Positions 10,959 to 19,222 of a stretch of DNA of 64,000 bases are shown here, in pieces. The notes below the pieces were generated by a model that did no database searches, was not told the DNA's origin, and worked only from the letters and a program-made list of their open reading frames with translations. Location: positions 16,601 through 80,600 of the forward strand of contig URSF01000005.1 of assembly GCA_900550445.1 (NCBI GenBank). Reading direction: 5' to 3'. The DNA is from an uncultured Rhodospirillaceae bacterium (GTDB taxonomy: Bacteria; Pseudomonadota; Alphaproteobacteria; CAAGCB01; CAG-977). A program made the position numbers and the translations under genes. The first letter of the stretch is position 1, and each line of letters opens with the position of its first letter.

Positions 10959-11646
10959 CCAGCCAATGCTGCTGGGCCGCCAGCAAAGGATAGGACGCTC
11001 CGCCGCTTTGCAGTGCGCGGACGGTTAAAGAATACGCGTCTTCGTATTTTTCCATGGCAATGGCGACAGAAGCTTCGGCGGCCAGAGCTTCCCAGCTGCC
11101 CGGCATTTTTTGCTTCAAGGCGTCTGCCAATTGTCCGGCAATATCAATCAATCCGGCCAGCGCCAAAACGCGGATCATGCGGTAATGATTGACCGGCGCT
11201 GTGAAAAGAGTGTCGCCGGCAAAGCGGACGGACAAAGCGTCAATCAGGCGGACGGCTTGTTCATATTGTTTTTTTTCCGCCAGCATTTCCGCGGCCAGCA
11301 TATATGTTTCCGCGGCTGAAAAATCCGGCTGTCTGCCGTGGATCGTTTCCAACAGATTTTCGGCCTCGTCGTTTTTGTTCTCGGCCGTCATGCATGCCGC
11401 CAGATATGCGCCGACGGGCAAGTCCGTTTTTCCCGATCCGTCAAAAGCTTTTTGAAAAAAGGATTCCGCTTCCCGCGCTTTTCCCTGCAGAAGCAGGCAT
11501 AATCCCGCTTGTGCCGCGGCGATCAGGCAATTCGGATCTATTGCCAGACATTCTTTTAAAACGGCGACGGTTTCGGGTAATTTAAAATGTTTTTTTAACA
11601 GACGCGCCTGATTAAGCTTTTCAGTCAGTTTTTCATTCATAATCAA
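10945..11646 (-). CDS. TPR-like helical-repeat protein, last gene of the hydF operon
   Basis: All-helical Ala/Leu-rich repeats (e.g. 'AQAGLCLLLQGKAREAESFFQKAF'). Its start overlaps the upstream ORF stop. Confidence 0.55.
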   Translation of the reverse strand: MIMNEKLTEKLNQARLLKKHFKLPETVAVLKECLAIDPNCLIAAAQAGLCLLLQGKAREAESFFQKAFDGSGKTDLPVGAYLAACMTAENKNDEAENLLETIHGRQPDFSAAETYMLAAEMLAEKKQYEQAVRLIDALSVRFAGDTLFTAPVNHYRMIRVLALAGLIDIAGQLADALKQKMPGSWEALAAEASVAIAMEKYEDAYSLTVRALQSGGASYPLLAAQQHWLAMNK

Positions 11647-11882
11647 TCCTCTAACTTTGTGCGCAAGAAAACCATAAAAGCTTTTTCGTCGTAAGGCGGG
11701 TCGAATCTGTCCAAAGCTTCGTCGATCGCTTTGTTGATTTCACGTTCGGTTGCGTTGTCGTACAGCATTTTCAGTCGGCTGACCAGTTTTTCCCGTTTGT
11801 CGGCGTCTGCCGGAAAAAAAGCTGTATTTGTTGTTTCCTGTTTTTGTTCGATTTTCTGTCGGGCTTCTTCCAACCAAGACAT
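11643..11882 (-). CDS. Small acidic hypothetical protein (79 aa)
   Basis: The ORF is translationally coupled to the TPR gene by a 4-nt overlap. I recognise no motif. Confidence 0.45.
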   Translation of the reverse strand: MSWLEEARQKIEQKQETTNTAFFPADADKREKLVSRLKMLYDNATEREINKAIDEALDRFDPPYDEKAFMVFLRTKLED

Positions 11883-11892
11883 ATTTTCCTCC

Positions 11893-12171
11893 TTACGGCG
11901 TTAATTCCATGCCGGTATAGTAGCATTCCCGCGTATCAATGTTTCTTGCTTTGATTTCATTCAAAGCCGCTTCACGGATATATTCGTGGCGCCAGTTTTT
12001 TGTTCCCTGACACAAATCTTCCAGCGGCGCGCTTGCCGCCCATTCGCGGGCTTCGACGGGCAGGGCGTAGGCTTTTTCGTAAAAATGGTGTTTTTCCGGC
12101 TGTGAGGCGGCGTGCAGATGCATACACCCTGCCGGAATGACAAGCAAAAATAACGACAGTATTTTTTTCAT
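11893..12171 (-). CDS. Small secreted protein or lipoprotein (92 aa)
   Basis: 'MKKILSLFLLVIPAGCMHL' (signal peptide with a lipobox-like Cys). Its ATG overlaps the hydF stop (ATGA at 12168-12171). The longer 139-aa version in the ORF track would overlap hydF. Confidence 0.55.
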   Translation of the reverse strand: MKKILSLFLLVIPAGCMHLHAASQPEKHHFYEKAYALPVEAREWAASAPLEDLCQGTKNWRHEYIREAALNEIKARNIDTRECYYTGMELTP

Positions 12172-13364
12172 GACAGATCTCCGAAAGGAAGGATAACGCG
12201 GTCTAAAACCCCCTGCATGGCGGATAAAGCCATACCGAAATTTGTTACGGAAACGCCGCTGCGGACACATTCGTTTAAACGGCGCAACGTTTCCAAACGC
12301 GACAGCATGCACCCGCCGCAGTGAATAACCAGATCAAACCGGTTCAGATCCGCCGGGAAATCACTGCCGGCCGCCCATTCAAAATGAATGTTTTTGTTTA
12401 ATGTTTTTTTGATTAATGCCGGCATTTTTACCCGGGCGATATCATCGTCCTGAACATGATGAGAACACGCTTCGGCAATCAAAATTTTGCTGTTGTCAGG
12501 CAGACTTTGCAGTCGTTTTGCTCCGTCATACAAGATCTTCAAATCTCCCTTATAGCGGGCAAAAAGCGTCGAAAAAGTCGTTAAGGCGATTTCCGGCGGC
12601 ACAACGGCGGCAACCGGTCGGATTAATTGAGAATCCGTAATGACCAAAGCCGGGGGCGTATTTAAATCGGACAAGATTTTTAAAAATTCCTGATCATTCT
12701 GGATAACGTAAGCATAAGCATGTGCGTCCAAAATATCGCGGATAACCTGAACCTGCGGCAGGATCAGGCGGCCTTTCGGGGCGGAAGAGTCAATCGGGGC
12801 GATGCAGACGACCGTCTGCCCTTGCGCGATCAGATCTCGGACCAGAGCCGGAGCGTTTTTTAAATGTTCCGGAACGATTTTTTTGATTTGCGCTTTTAAT
12901 TCTTCTATGTTGTCGCCGTTTGCGGCGCTGACGCGGATTGACGGGCAGGGCAGAGTGTTGTCAATGACTGCGGTGGCTTTATCGCTTTTGTTCAGTACCA
13001 AAATAAACGGAATTTTCAGATTATTCAGCGTGTCCGCCAGTGATTTTTCATATTCCCCCATGCCGGTTTCGTCGGTTACCAGCAGGGCGATATCGACTTT
13101 ATTCATGATTTTTCGCGTCGCGGCCGTTCTTAATTCGCCGACCGTTCCCGTATCGTCAATGCCCGCGGTGTCAAAAAAAGTGACTGGTCCGACCGGAATC
13201 AATTCGTAAATTTTTGACACGGCGTCGGTCGTCGTTCCCGCCATGTCGGATACAATGGATACCTGCTGGCCGCACAATGCGTTTAATAAAGACGATTTGC
13301 CGACGTTTCGTCTGCCGAATAAACCGATGTTCAGCCGTTCGCCGCGCGGCGCTGTCTGCGTCAT
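12168..13364 (-). CDS. hydF: [FeFe]-hydrogenase H-cluster maturation GTPase HydF
   Basis: GTPase motifs 'GRRNVGKSSL', 'DTAG' and 'NKSD'. The C-terminal cluster motif is 'CSH'-x45-'HCGGC', matching the HydF pattern CxH...HCxxC. Confidence 0.85.
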   Translation of the reverse strand: MTQTAPRGERLNIGLFGRRNVGKSSLLNALCGQQVSIVSDMAGTTTDAVSKIYELIPVGPVTFFDTAGIDDTGTVGELRTAATRKIMNKVDIALLVTDETGMGEYEKSLADTLNNLKIPFILVLNKSDKATAVIDNTLPCPSIRVSAANGDNIEELKAQIKKIVPEHLKNAPALVRDLIAQGQTVVCIAPIDSSAPKGRLILPQVQVIRDILDAHAYAYVIQNDQEFLKILSDLNTPPALVITDSQLIRPVAAVVPPEIALTTFSTLFARYKGDLKILYDGAKRLQSLPDNSKILIAEACSHHVQDDDIARVKMPALIKKTLNKNIHFEWAAGSDFPADLNRFDLVIHCGGCMLSRLETLRRLNECVRSGVSVTNFGMALSAMQGVLDRVILPFGDLS

Positions 13365-13424
13365 GGGATACTCCTTTGCAAAAGAATCGTTTTTTTCTTT
13401 TATTCTTATACCTTTTTTTAGCTT

Positions 13425-13450
13425 TTATCTGAAAAAATATTTTCAGATAA
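13425..13450. promoter_or_regulatory. Perfect 11-bp inverted repeat, TTATCTGAAAA-aata-TTTTCAGATAA, in the divergent promoter region
   Basis: Read directly from the sequence. It lies 61-86 nt upstream of hydF and 32-57 nt upstream of ORF 13482. Confidence 0.4.
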
Positions 13451-13481
13451 ATGGTTCTTTTTTTCTGGGGTATCAACGGAT

Positions 13482-14438
13482 TTGGCCAAAAGAAAAAATA
13501 TAAAAGTTCTTTGTTTTCCGCTGCTTGCCGCGCTTTTTTTTATTGCGCCGCACAAAAAAGCCGCGGCAGATTCTTTTTTAAATCCGGCGGATAATTCTTA
13601 TTCCCTGAAAAAAGTGTTTACCAGGCCTTTGCTGCAAAGCGTGCCGATCCCGCAGGTCTGGCAGACGGATTCGAAGTCTGAAAAATTCCGTCGCGCCTGG
13701 CTGGACGCTTTGACGCCGCAGACGTCGGCCGAACGTCAAATGCGGGCTTTGTCGTGGCAGCTTTGGGTTCGGGACGGTTTGTACGATTTTAAAAAAACGG
13801 CCGAAGATGACCCCGCCGGGGATTGGAGCGCAGTCGCGCGGATTTTAAATGATCTGGTCCCGATCGTCGAACAGGCGGAGAGTAATGCCGTGTTCGGCTC
13901 GGACAGACAGGACGATTTGTATATGCGTTCTCAAATACGGCGGGCCGCAGGAGAAACGGACAAGCTGGCCGGCGGATTGTTTGATTTTCAGGCTTTTTTG
14001 ACTTCGTTGAACGAAACGGCCCGGACGGATATGGAGCTGATGCGGCTGGACGCTTTGATGCATGCGGCGGATCGTAAAACGGATAAAGTATTTGCCGCAA
14101 TCGGCCGTTCTTTGCTGTCGGAAAGCGTGTTGAAAAAAGCGCAGGACATTTATTCCCCTGAAACGCAGCAGATTCAGGGATTAAAGGAAACTGACGACGT
14201 TTTGGCGGCTTTGCTGATTAACGATATGATGGATCTGTCAACAGGGGTGGTTATGTTGTCCGGCGACGATGTGTTTCCGGATCAACCCGTTGAAAAGACA
14301 AGACGTTCGTCCTCTTTACTTGACAGAGTTAAAAAAACTGATCAAATTCACAAAGGCGATCCCGTTTCCCGAAGAAAGGCTTTTTTCAAGCGGTTGGAAA
14401 ATTTTTTAAAAGGCGATAAGGCTAAGGACGTAAAATGA
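13482..14438 (+). CDS. Secreted hypothetical protein (318 aa)
   Basis: Signal peptide 'KVLCFPLLAALFFIAPHKKAAA'. TTG start. Its stop overlaps the next gene's start (ATGA). Confidence 0.55.
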   Translation: MAKRKNIKVLCFPLLAALFFIAPHKKAAADSFLNPADNSYSLKKVFTRPLLQSVPIPQVWQTDSKSEKFRRAWLDALTPQTSAERQMRALSWQLWVRDGLYDFKKTAEDDPAGDWSAVARILNDLVPIVEQAESNAVFGSDRQDDLYMRSQIRRAAGETDKLAGGLFDFQAFLTSLNETARTDMELMRLDALMHAADRKTDKVFAAIGRSLLSESVLKKAQDIYSPETQQIQGLKETDDVLAALLINDMMDLSTGVVMLSGDDVFPDQPVEKTRRSSSLLDRVKKTDQIHKGDPVSRRKAFFKRLENFLKGDKAKDVK

Positions 14439-16492
14439 AAAAAAAGTTATCTCACACCTTTTTAACGCAAAAAAAAGTCTGGAAAAGAACGTCCTTTTTA
14501 ACGGCGTCCGCCGCGGCTTTGCTGATTGCCGCCTGTACGGTCAGACCGGAACCGATCAGCGACTGGGAACGCGCCGTCCGTGTCGATCAGGATATCCAGG
14601 AAATGTTTCAGGATCAGCGTTCAAACAGAATCGCAAAGCCGCTGACCTTATATGACGCTATGGCGCGCGCTTTGAAATATAATCTGAACGCGCGTTTGAA
14701 AATGATGCAGACGGCTTTGGCCGCAAAGCAGTATAATATAACGTCTTTGGATATGCTGCCGCAGGTTTCGGCCGGCGCCGGGTATTCCGCCCGCAGCAAT
14801 TATGAAGCCGTCGTTTCAAAGTCAATGCAAAACGGCGTGATGTCGCCTGACGCCAAAGCGTACAGCGCAAAAACGCACGGATTTGCCGATGCGCGCATCA
14901 GTTGGAATGTGTTGGATTTTGGCGTCAGTTATTATCAGGCAAAGCAGGACGCCAACAATATTCTGATTGCCAAAGAACAGCGGCGCAAACAGGTTCAAGC
15001 TTTGCTGCAGGACGTTCGGGCGGCTTATTGGCGGGCTTTGGCCGCGGAACGGTTGTCGCCGCAAATTGATGACTTAATGGAAGAAGCGACTTTCGTTCTG
15101 GAAAACCTGCGGGCGATGGAGCAGGAAAAACGGGCTGATTCTTCCGTCCTTCTGAATTATCAGATGGGATTGATGGAAACAATGCGCGATTTAAGCGAAA
15201 TGAAAAAAGAACTGATGCTGTCGCGTGAAACTCTGGCCGGACTGATGAATTTAAAACCGGGAACCCGTTATCGGCTGGTCGGAGCCGAAAACGGAAATTT
15301 CACCTTGCCTGAAATCAGAGCCGGTCTGGACCGGCTGGAATGGTTGGCATTGATGAATCGTCCGGAACTGCGCGCAGAGGACTATAAACTGCAAAACACG
15401 CGTCTGGCTGCTAAAAAAGCGTTGTTAAAGCTGTTGCCCGGTTTGAACGTTTCCATGTCGGCCAATTATGACAGCGATGATTTCCTGTCAAATAATTCAT
15501 GGCTGCAGGCTGCTGCCCAGCTGGGCTGGAATTTGTTGAATCCGGCGCGTATGCAGCAGACTCTGGCTTACGGCGAAGTCAAAGAGGCCGTCGATAATCT
15601 GAACCGGCAAGTCATTGCCATGACGGTTCTGACGCAGACGCATATCGGTTGGGGACGTTATCAGGGGGCAAAGGAAACTTACCAGCTCAGCGTTGAAATT
15701 TCGGACGTGGCGCAAAAATTGGCGCAGCAAGCTTCTGAAAACACGAAAACAGACGTTTTGGCCGAAGCGGAAAAAATTTCTTCCGCAGCCAGAGCTTTGT
15801 TCGCCCAGTTAAGAACGGCAATGAATTTTGCCGAACTGCAGGACGCGACGGGATCTGTTTTTGTCACTTTGGGGCTGGATCCGCTGCCTGAAGATTTTGC
15901 GTCCAACGATCTGGGAACGATTTCCAGAGCTTTGGAACGCGTGATGACGGCTTGGGATATGGGGCGGTTTACAAACGAAGATTATCCGCGTCTGCCGCCG
16001 GTTCCGATGCACCGTCCGCCGGTTTATATCAATGCTAAACTGCCGATGCAGAAAGTCACCGAAGACAACCGCTTTATCATGACGATTCCGCCGACGACGT
16101 TCGCCGAAGCCGATCTGGGACATCAGGTCAGTTATACGGCAACGATGCGCGACGGAAAACCGCTGTTGCCGTGGCTGTTCTTTGATTCTAAGACGATTAC
16201 GCTGTCCGGCAAGCCGCCCGCCACATCGGAAGGGATTTATGAAATCAAAGTTACTGCCCGTAATCGCAGAAAGATGAGTGCGTATATCTTTATTACCGTA
16301 CAGGTTATGCGCGGCTATAAAACGATTTTGGATATCCGAGGGGCCGAACCGGATTCGCGGGTAACGGTCATTCAGCGCTGCGACGGTTCCGAAGAATGTA
16401 AAGATTATCAAAACGTCCGGCAGATTGACATGTTCCCGGAACGGGTCAGCGTCGCGCCTTTGCCTATGCCGAAAAAAGAAAAGAAAAAATAA
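14435..16492 (+). CDS. TolC-like outer-membrane factor lipoprotein with a C-terminal cadherin-like (He_PIG/dystroglycan-type) domain
   Basis: Lipobox 'LLIAAC'. OEP-like 'LTLYDAMARALKYNLNARL...' repeats. Residues ~546-624 read 'FIMTIPPTTFAEADLGHQVSYTATMRDGKPLLPWLFFDSKTITLSGKPPATSEGIYEIKVTARN'. Confidence 0.8.
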   Translation: MKKKLSHTFLTQKKVWKRTSFLTASAAALLIAACTVRPEPISDWERAVRVDQDIQEMFQDQRSNRIAKPLTLYDAMARALKYNLNARLKMMQTALAAKQYNITSLDMLPQVSAGAGYSARSNYEAVVSKSMQNGVMSPDAKAYSAKTHGFADARISWNVLDFGVSYYQAKQDANNILIAKEQRRKQVQALLQDVRAAYWRALAAERLSPQIDDLMEEATFVLENLRAMEQEKRADSSVLLNYQMGLMETMRDLSEMKKELMLSRETLAGLMNLKPGTRYRLVGAENGNFTLPEIRAGLDRLEWLALMNRPELRAEDYKLQNTRLAAKKALLKLLPGLNVSMSANYDSDDFLSNNSWLQAAAQLGWNLLNPARMQQTLAYGEVKEAVDNLNRQVIAMTVLTQTHIGWGRYQGAKETYQLSVEISDVAQKLAQQASENTKTDVLAEAEKISSAARALFAQLRTAMNFAELQDATGSVFVTLGLDPLPEDFASNDLGTISRALERVMTAWDMGRFTNEDYPRLPPVPMHRPPVYINAKLPMQKVTEDNRFIMTIPPTTFAEADLGHQVSYTATMRDGKPLLPWLFFDSKTITLSGKPPATSEGIYEIKVTARNRRKMSAYIFITVQVMRGYKTILDIRGAEPDSRVTVIQRCDGSEECKDYQNVRQIDMFPERVSVAPLPMPKKEKKK

Positions 16493-16495
16493 AAT

Positions 16496-16521
16496 AAAAG
16501 CCCCTGAAAAGGGGCTTTTTA
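16496..16521. terminator. Bidirectional rho-independent terminator
   Basis: GCCCC-tgaaaa-GGGGC, flanked by an A-run upstream and a T-run downstream. Confidence 0.8.
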
Positions 16522-16552
16522 AGTAAAAGTTTTTCTGCGGAGAAATTTTTCT

Positions 16553-17245
16553 TTAACGGCCTTTCGCCGTTTTTAATTTGGCAATGTCGGCAACGCTGAT
16601 TGTCTTGCTGCCGTTGCTGCGTTGGTCGACCGTCTGGTATGACCGCGGGCCGACGATCAGCAGTTCCGCTTTGACTGATTTCGGATTTTGTTTATACATT
16701 TCGTATTCTTTGGCTGACAGCGGCATGGCAATATAATAAGTCAGTTTTGTTCCCGGCTGTTCGGGCAGGGGGCCGTTGCGTTCTTCCATCGCCGCGTGCA
16801 CATTGGCGTGAATGTCGCGCCCCGTCGCGTTGGGCAGAGGCATCATACAGCGCCAGTCATGTATGGAAGTTAATTTTTCATCGCCGAATTGAACGGCTCC
16901 GTCCTTAAAAGAACCGCTGATCGCGCGGGGAAACAAATGATGATAATTATAACCACCGGGGGTTCTGCCTTTGCCGATGATTGCGATGGATCTGTCGTCC
17001 AGGCCGGCCTGACGCAAACGGGAAATGCCTTCTTCATTCGGCGTTCCGTCGGGGTTATGGACGGTATCTTTTAACAACTGTTCGCGCAGCTGTTTGTATT
17101 CCTCGTAAACGGCTCTGTTTTCCTGAACGGACAAACGAATGCCTTTAACGGGAACCCATTTGAATACGACTTCCTGATTTTGGGCGTTGTTGTTTTGAAA
17201 AGGTCTGTTGCCTTTACCTTTACGTTTTGCGTGAATGTATTCCAT
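16553..17245 (-). CDS. Stand-alone HNH/EndoVII-fold (AHH/WHH-like) nuclease-like protein
   Basis: 'GRTPGGYNYHHLFP...MPLPNATGRDIHANVHAAM' fits the xHH...N...H...H pattern of HNH/EndoVII toxin nucleases. The start at 'MEYIH' has the RBS GGGGGAAAAATA-ATG. Confidence 0.45.
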   Translation of the reverse strand: MEYIHAKRKGKGNRPFQNNNAQNQEVVFKWVPVKGIRLSVQENRAVYEEYKQLREQLLKDTVHNPDGTPNEEGISRLRQAGLDDRSIAIIGKGRTPGGYNYHHLFPRAISGSFKDGAVQFGDEKLTSIHDWRCMMPLPNATGRDIHANVHAAMEERNGPLPEQPGTKLTYYIAMPLSAKEYEMYKQNPKSVKAELLIVGPRSYQTVDQRSNGSKTISVADIAKLKTAKGR

Positions 17246-17294
17246 TATTTTTCCCCCATGCGGACAATAATAAGCAGTATGAAGCAAAAACAGA

Positions 17295-17349
17295 TTTTGT
17301 CTAGAAAAAAATCCTTATAAGAAAAGATTTTTTTGATAAATAGACAAAA
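17295..17349. promoter_or_regulatory. 9-bp inverted repeat TTTTGTCTA-N37-TAGACAAAA upstream of the HNH-like gene
   Basis: Read directly from the sequence. The same 8-mer occurs three times in the 39.8-39.9 kb intergenic region. Confidence 0.3.
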
Positions 17350-17376
17350 AAAGACCGGTCGAAAGGCCGGTCTTTG
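17343..17376 (-). terminator. Rho-independent terminator of the pnt operon
   Basis: AGACCGG-tcgaaagg-CCGGTCT, followed on the minus strand by a T-run. Confidence 0.8.
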
Positions 17377-17379
17377 CAT

Positions 17380-18774
17380 CTATTCTTTTAAACAGCGGTT
17401 GACTTCTTCGGTTACTTTTTTTGCGTCTCCCAGAAGCATCATCGTATTCGGGGCGTAAAAGACCGGGTTGTCTATGCCGGCGTAACCGAAGCCTTTTAAA
17501 GAACGTTTAACGACAATAATATGTCGCGCCTTTTCCACGTCCAGAACGGGCATGCCGAAAATCGGGCTGGCGGAATCCGTTTTTGCCAGAGGATTCGTTA
17601 CATCGTTAGCGCCGATAATATAAACGACGTCCGTGTCGGCAAAGGCGGAATTAATGTCTTCCAGTTCAAAAACGTCTTCATAGGGAATTTTTGCTTCGGC
17701 CAGCAGGACGTTCATGTGTCCCGGCATGCGGCCGGCAACGGGGTGAATGGCATATTTAACGTCTATGCCGTCTTTTTTCAGCAAAGCCGCCATTTCTTCC
17801 AAAGCGAACTGCGACTGCGCGACGGCCATGCCGTATCCCGGCACAATAATGACCTTCTGCGCGTTTTTCAAAAGGACGGCCGCGTCTTCCGCCGAACCGA
17901 GGTTAGCCGTTTTTTCATCGGCAAAGCTTTCTTGTCCCGAACCGCTTGATCCCGATCCGCCGAACAACACGTTGAAAATCGACCGGTTCATCGCTTTGCA
18001 CATAATGTAGGACAGGATCGCCCCCGACGATCCGACCAGAGCTCCCGTAATTACCAGCAGGCTGTTTCTTAGCGTAAAGCCGATACCCGCCGCCGCCCAG
18101 CCGGAATAGGAGTTCAGCATGGAAATAACAACCGGCATATCCGCGCCGCCGACCGGCAAAATCAATAAAAAGCCCAGAACAAAAGACAAAATCGTTAATG
18201 TAAAAAACGACAGTCCGGACTCTGTTTTTGTAAAATGAACCACCAGAATGATAAGAACGGCCGCCAGCAGAGCATTTAGCAAAGTCTGCCCTTTAAAGCG
18301 CAGCGGTCTGCCCGATAAAATTCCCTGCAGTTTGGCAAAGGCAATAACCGACCCTGAAAAAGTGACCGCCCCGATTGCGACGCCTAAAGACATTTCGATC
18401 AAACTGGATACGGCGATATGCCCCGGCGATCCGATGCCGTACGCCGCCGGGGATAAAAAGGACGCCCAGGCGACAAACACGGCCGCCAGTCCGACGAGGC
18501 TGTGAAACGCCGCAACCAGCTGGGGCAGGGCGGTCATGGCGATGCGTTTCGCGATCAACAATCCGATTACCGCGCCGGCGGCTATGGCGGCGATAATAAA
18601 TCCGTAAGACGAAACGTCCGGCAGAGATAAAGTCGCCGCAACGGCAATGATCATGCCGCAGATACCCAATATATTTCCTTTTATGGCCGTTTTGGGCGAA
18701 GACAATCCGCGTAAAGAAAGAATAAAGCAGACGGCCGATATCAGATAAAGAAGTGCGCTGTTTGTTGCTGTCAT
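17380..18774 (-). CDS. pntB: NAD(P) transhydrogenase subunit beta
   Basis: Polytopic N-terminus with a C-terminal NADP(H) domain: 'VIIVPGYGMAVAQ' and 'HPVAGRMPGHMNVLLAEA'. Confidence 0.95.
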   Translation of the reverse strand: MTATNSALLYLISAVCFILSLRGLSSPKTAIKGNILGICGMIIAVAATLSLPDVSSYGFIIAAIAAGAVIGLLIAKRIAMTALPQLVAAFHSLVGLAAVFVAWASFLSPAAYGIGSPGHIAVSSLIEMSLGVAIGAVTFSGSVIAFAKLQGILSGRPLRFKGQTLLNALLAAVLIILVVHFTKTESGLSFFTLTILSFVLGFLLILPVGGADMPVVISMLNSYSGWAAAGIGFTLRNSLLVITGALVGSSGAILSYIMCKAMNRSIFNVLFGGSGSSGSGQESFADEKTANLGSAEDAAVLLKNAQKVIIVPGYGMAVAQSQFALEEMAALLKKDGIDVKYAIHPVAGRMPGHMNVLLAEAKIPYEDVFELEDINSAFADTDVVYIIGANDVTNPLAKTDSASPIFGMPVLDVEKARHIIVVKRSLKGFGYAGIDNPVFYAPNTMMLLGDAKKVTEEVNRCLKE

Positions 18775-18778
18775 GGAC

Positions 18779-19222
18779 TTATCCTTTCTTCTTTTTAAAC
18801 AAAGAAAGCATTCTTTCCGTTACGGCAAAGCCGCCGAATATATTGATTGAAGCCAGTAAAACCGCCAGAAATCCCAAAAATTTAGCGGCGGAAAAACCGT
18901 CCGGTCCGGCCGCGATCAGCGCGCCGACGATAATGACCGAAGAAATCGCGTTTGTAACGGACATTAACGGCGAATGCAGTGCCGGCGTGACTTTCCAAAT
19001 AATGTAATAACCGACGAAACAGGCCAGAATAAAAACAGTCAGCAGAAAAACAAAATCATTGCCGTCGGACGGCGCCGCGGCCAATACCTGTTCGGTTAAA
19101 TCGCGCAGGTGTACGCGGGCGTTTTCCAGCTGCCGCGTCGCTTGCGTCACGCTTTGCGCAACAGAATTCAGCTCGTCTGAAAGTTGTTCTGATAAAATAA
19201 CGGCTTTGTCAGACATCATCAT
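18779..19222 (-). CDS. pntAB: NAD(P) transhydrogenase alpha subunit, membrane part 2
   Basis: TM-rich C-terminal region '[19 protein letters not shown]...[11 protein letters not shown]'. It sits between pntAA and pntB. Confidence 0.85.
   Translation of the reverse strand: MMMSDKAVILSEQLSDELNSVAQSVTQATRQLENARVHLRDLTEQVLAAAPSDGNDFVFLLTVFILACFVGYYIIWKVTPALHSPLMSVTNAISSVIIVGALIAAGPDGFSAAKFLGFLAVLLASINIFGGFAVTERMLSLFKKKKG

Noticed and set aside
11893-12312. Longer ORF-track versions of several genes: the 139-aa form of the small lipoprotein, plus 2040 (dgt), 34113 (nifJ), 46330 (htpX), 51298 (acpS), 51749 (lepB), 54009 (recO), 54799 (parC), 38529 (udp), 39396 (A1) and 16553..17287.
   Set aside because: The upstream extensions overlap the preceding gene or lack an RBS. 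In each case an internal ATG/GTG with an RBS, or the conserved protein N-terminus, gives a better start.
13425-13450. Assigning the 11-bp palindrome to a known regulator (Fur box, or the Iron-Rhodo/RirA-IscR TGA-N9-TCA box).
   Set aside because: The spacing is TGA-N10-TCA, not N9, and the similarity to the Fur consensus is limited to GATAA. I kept it as an unassigned operator candidate only.
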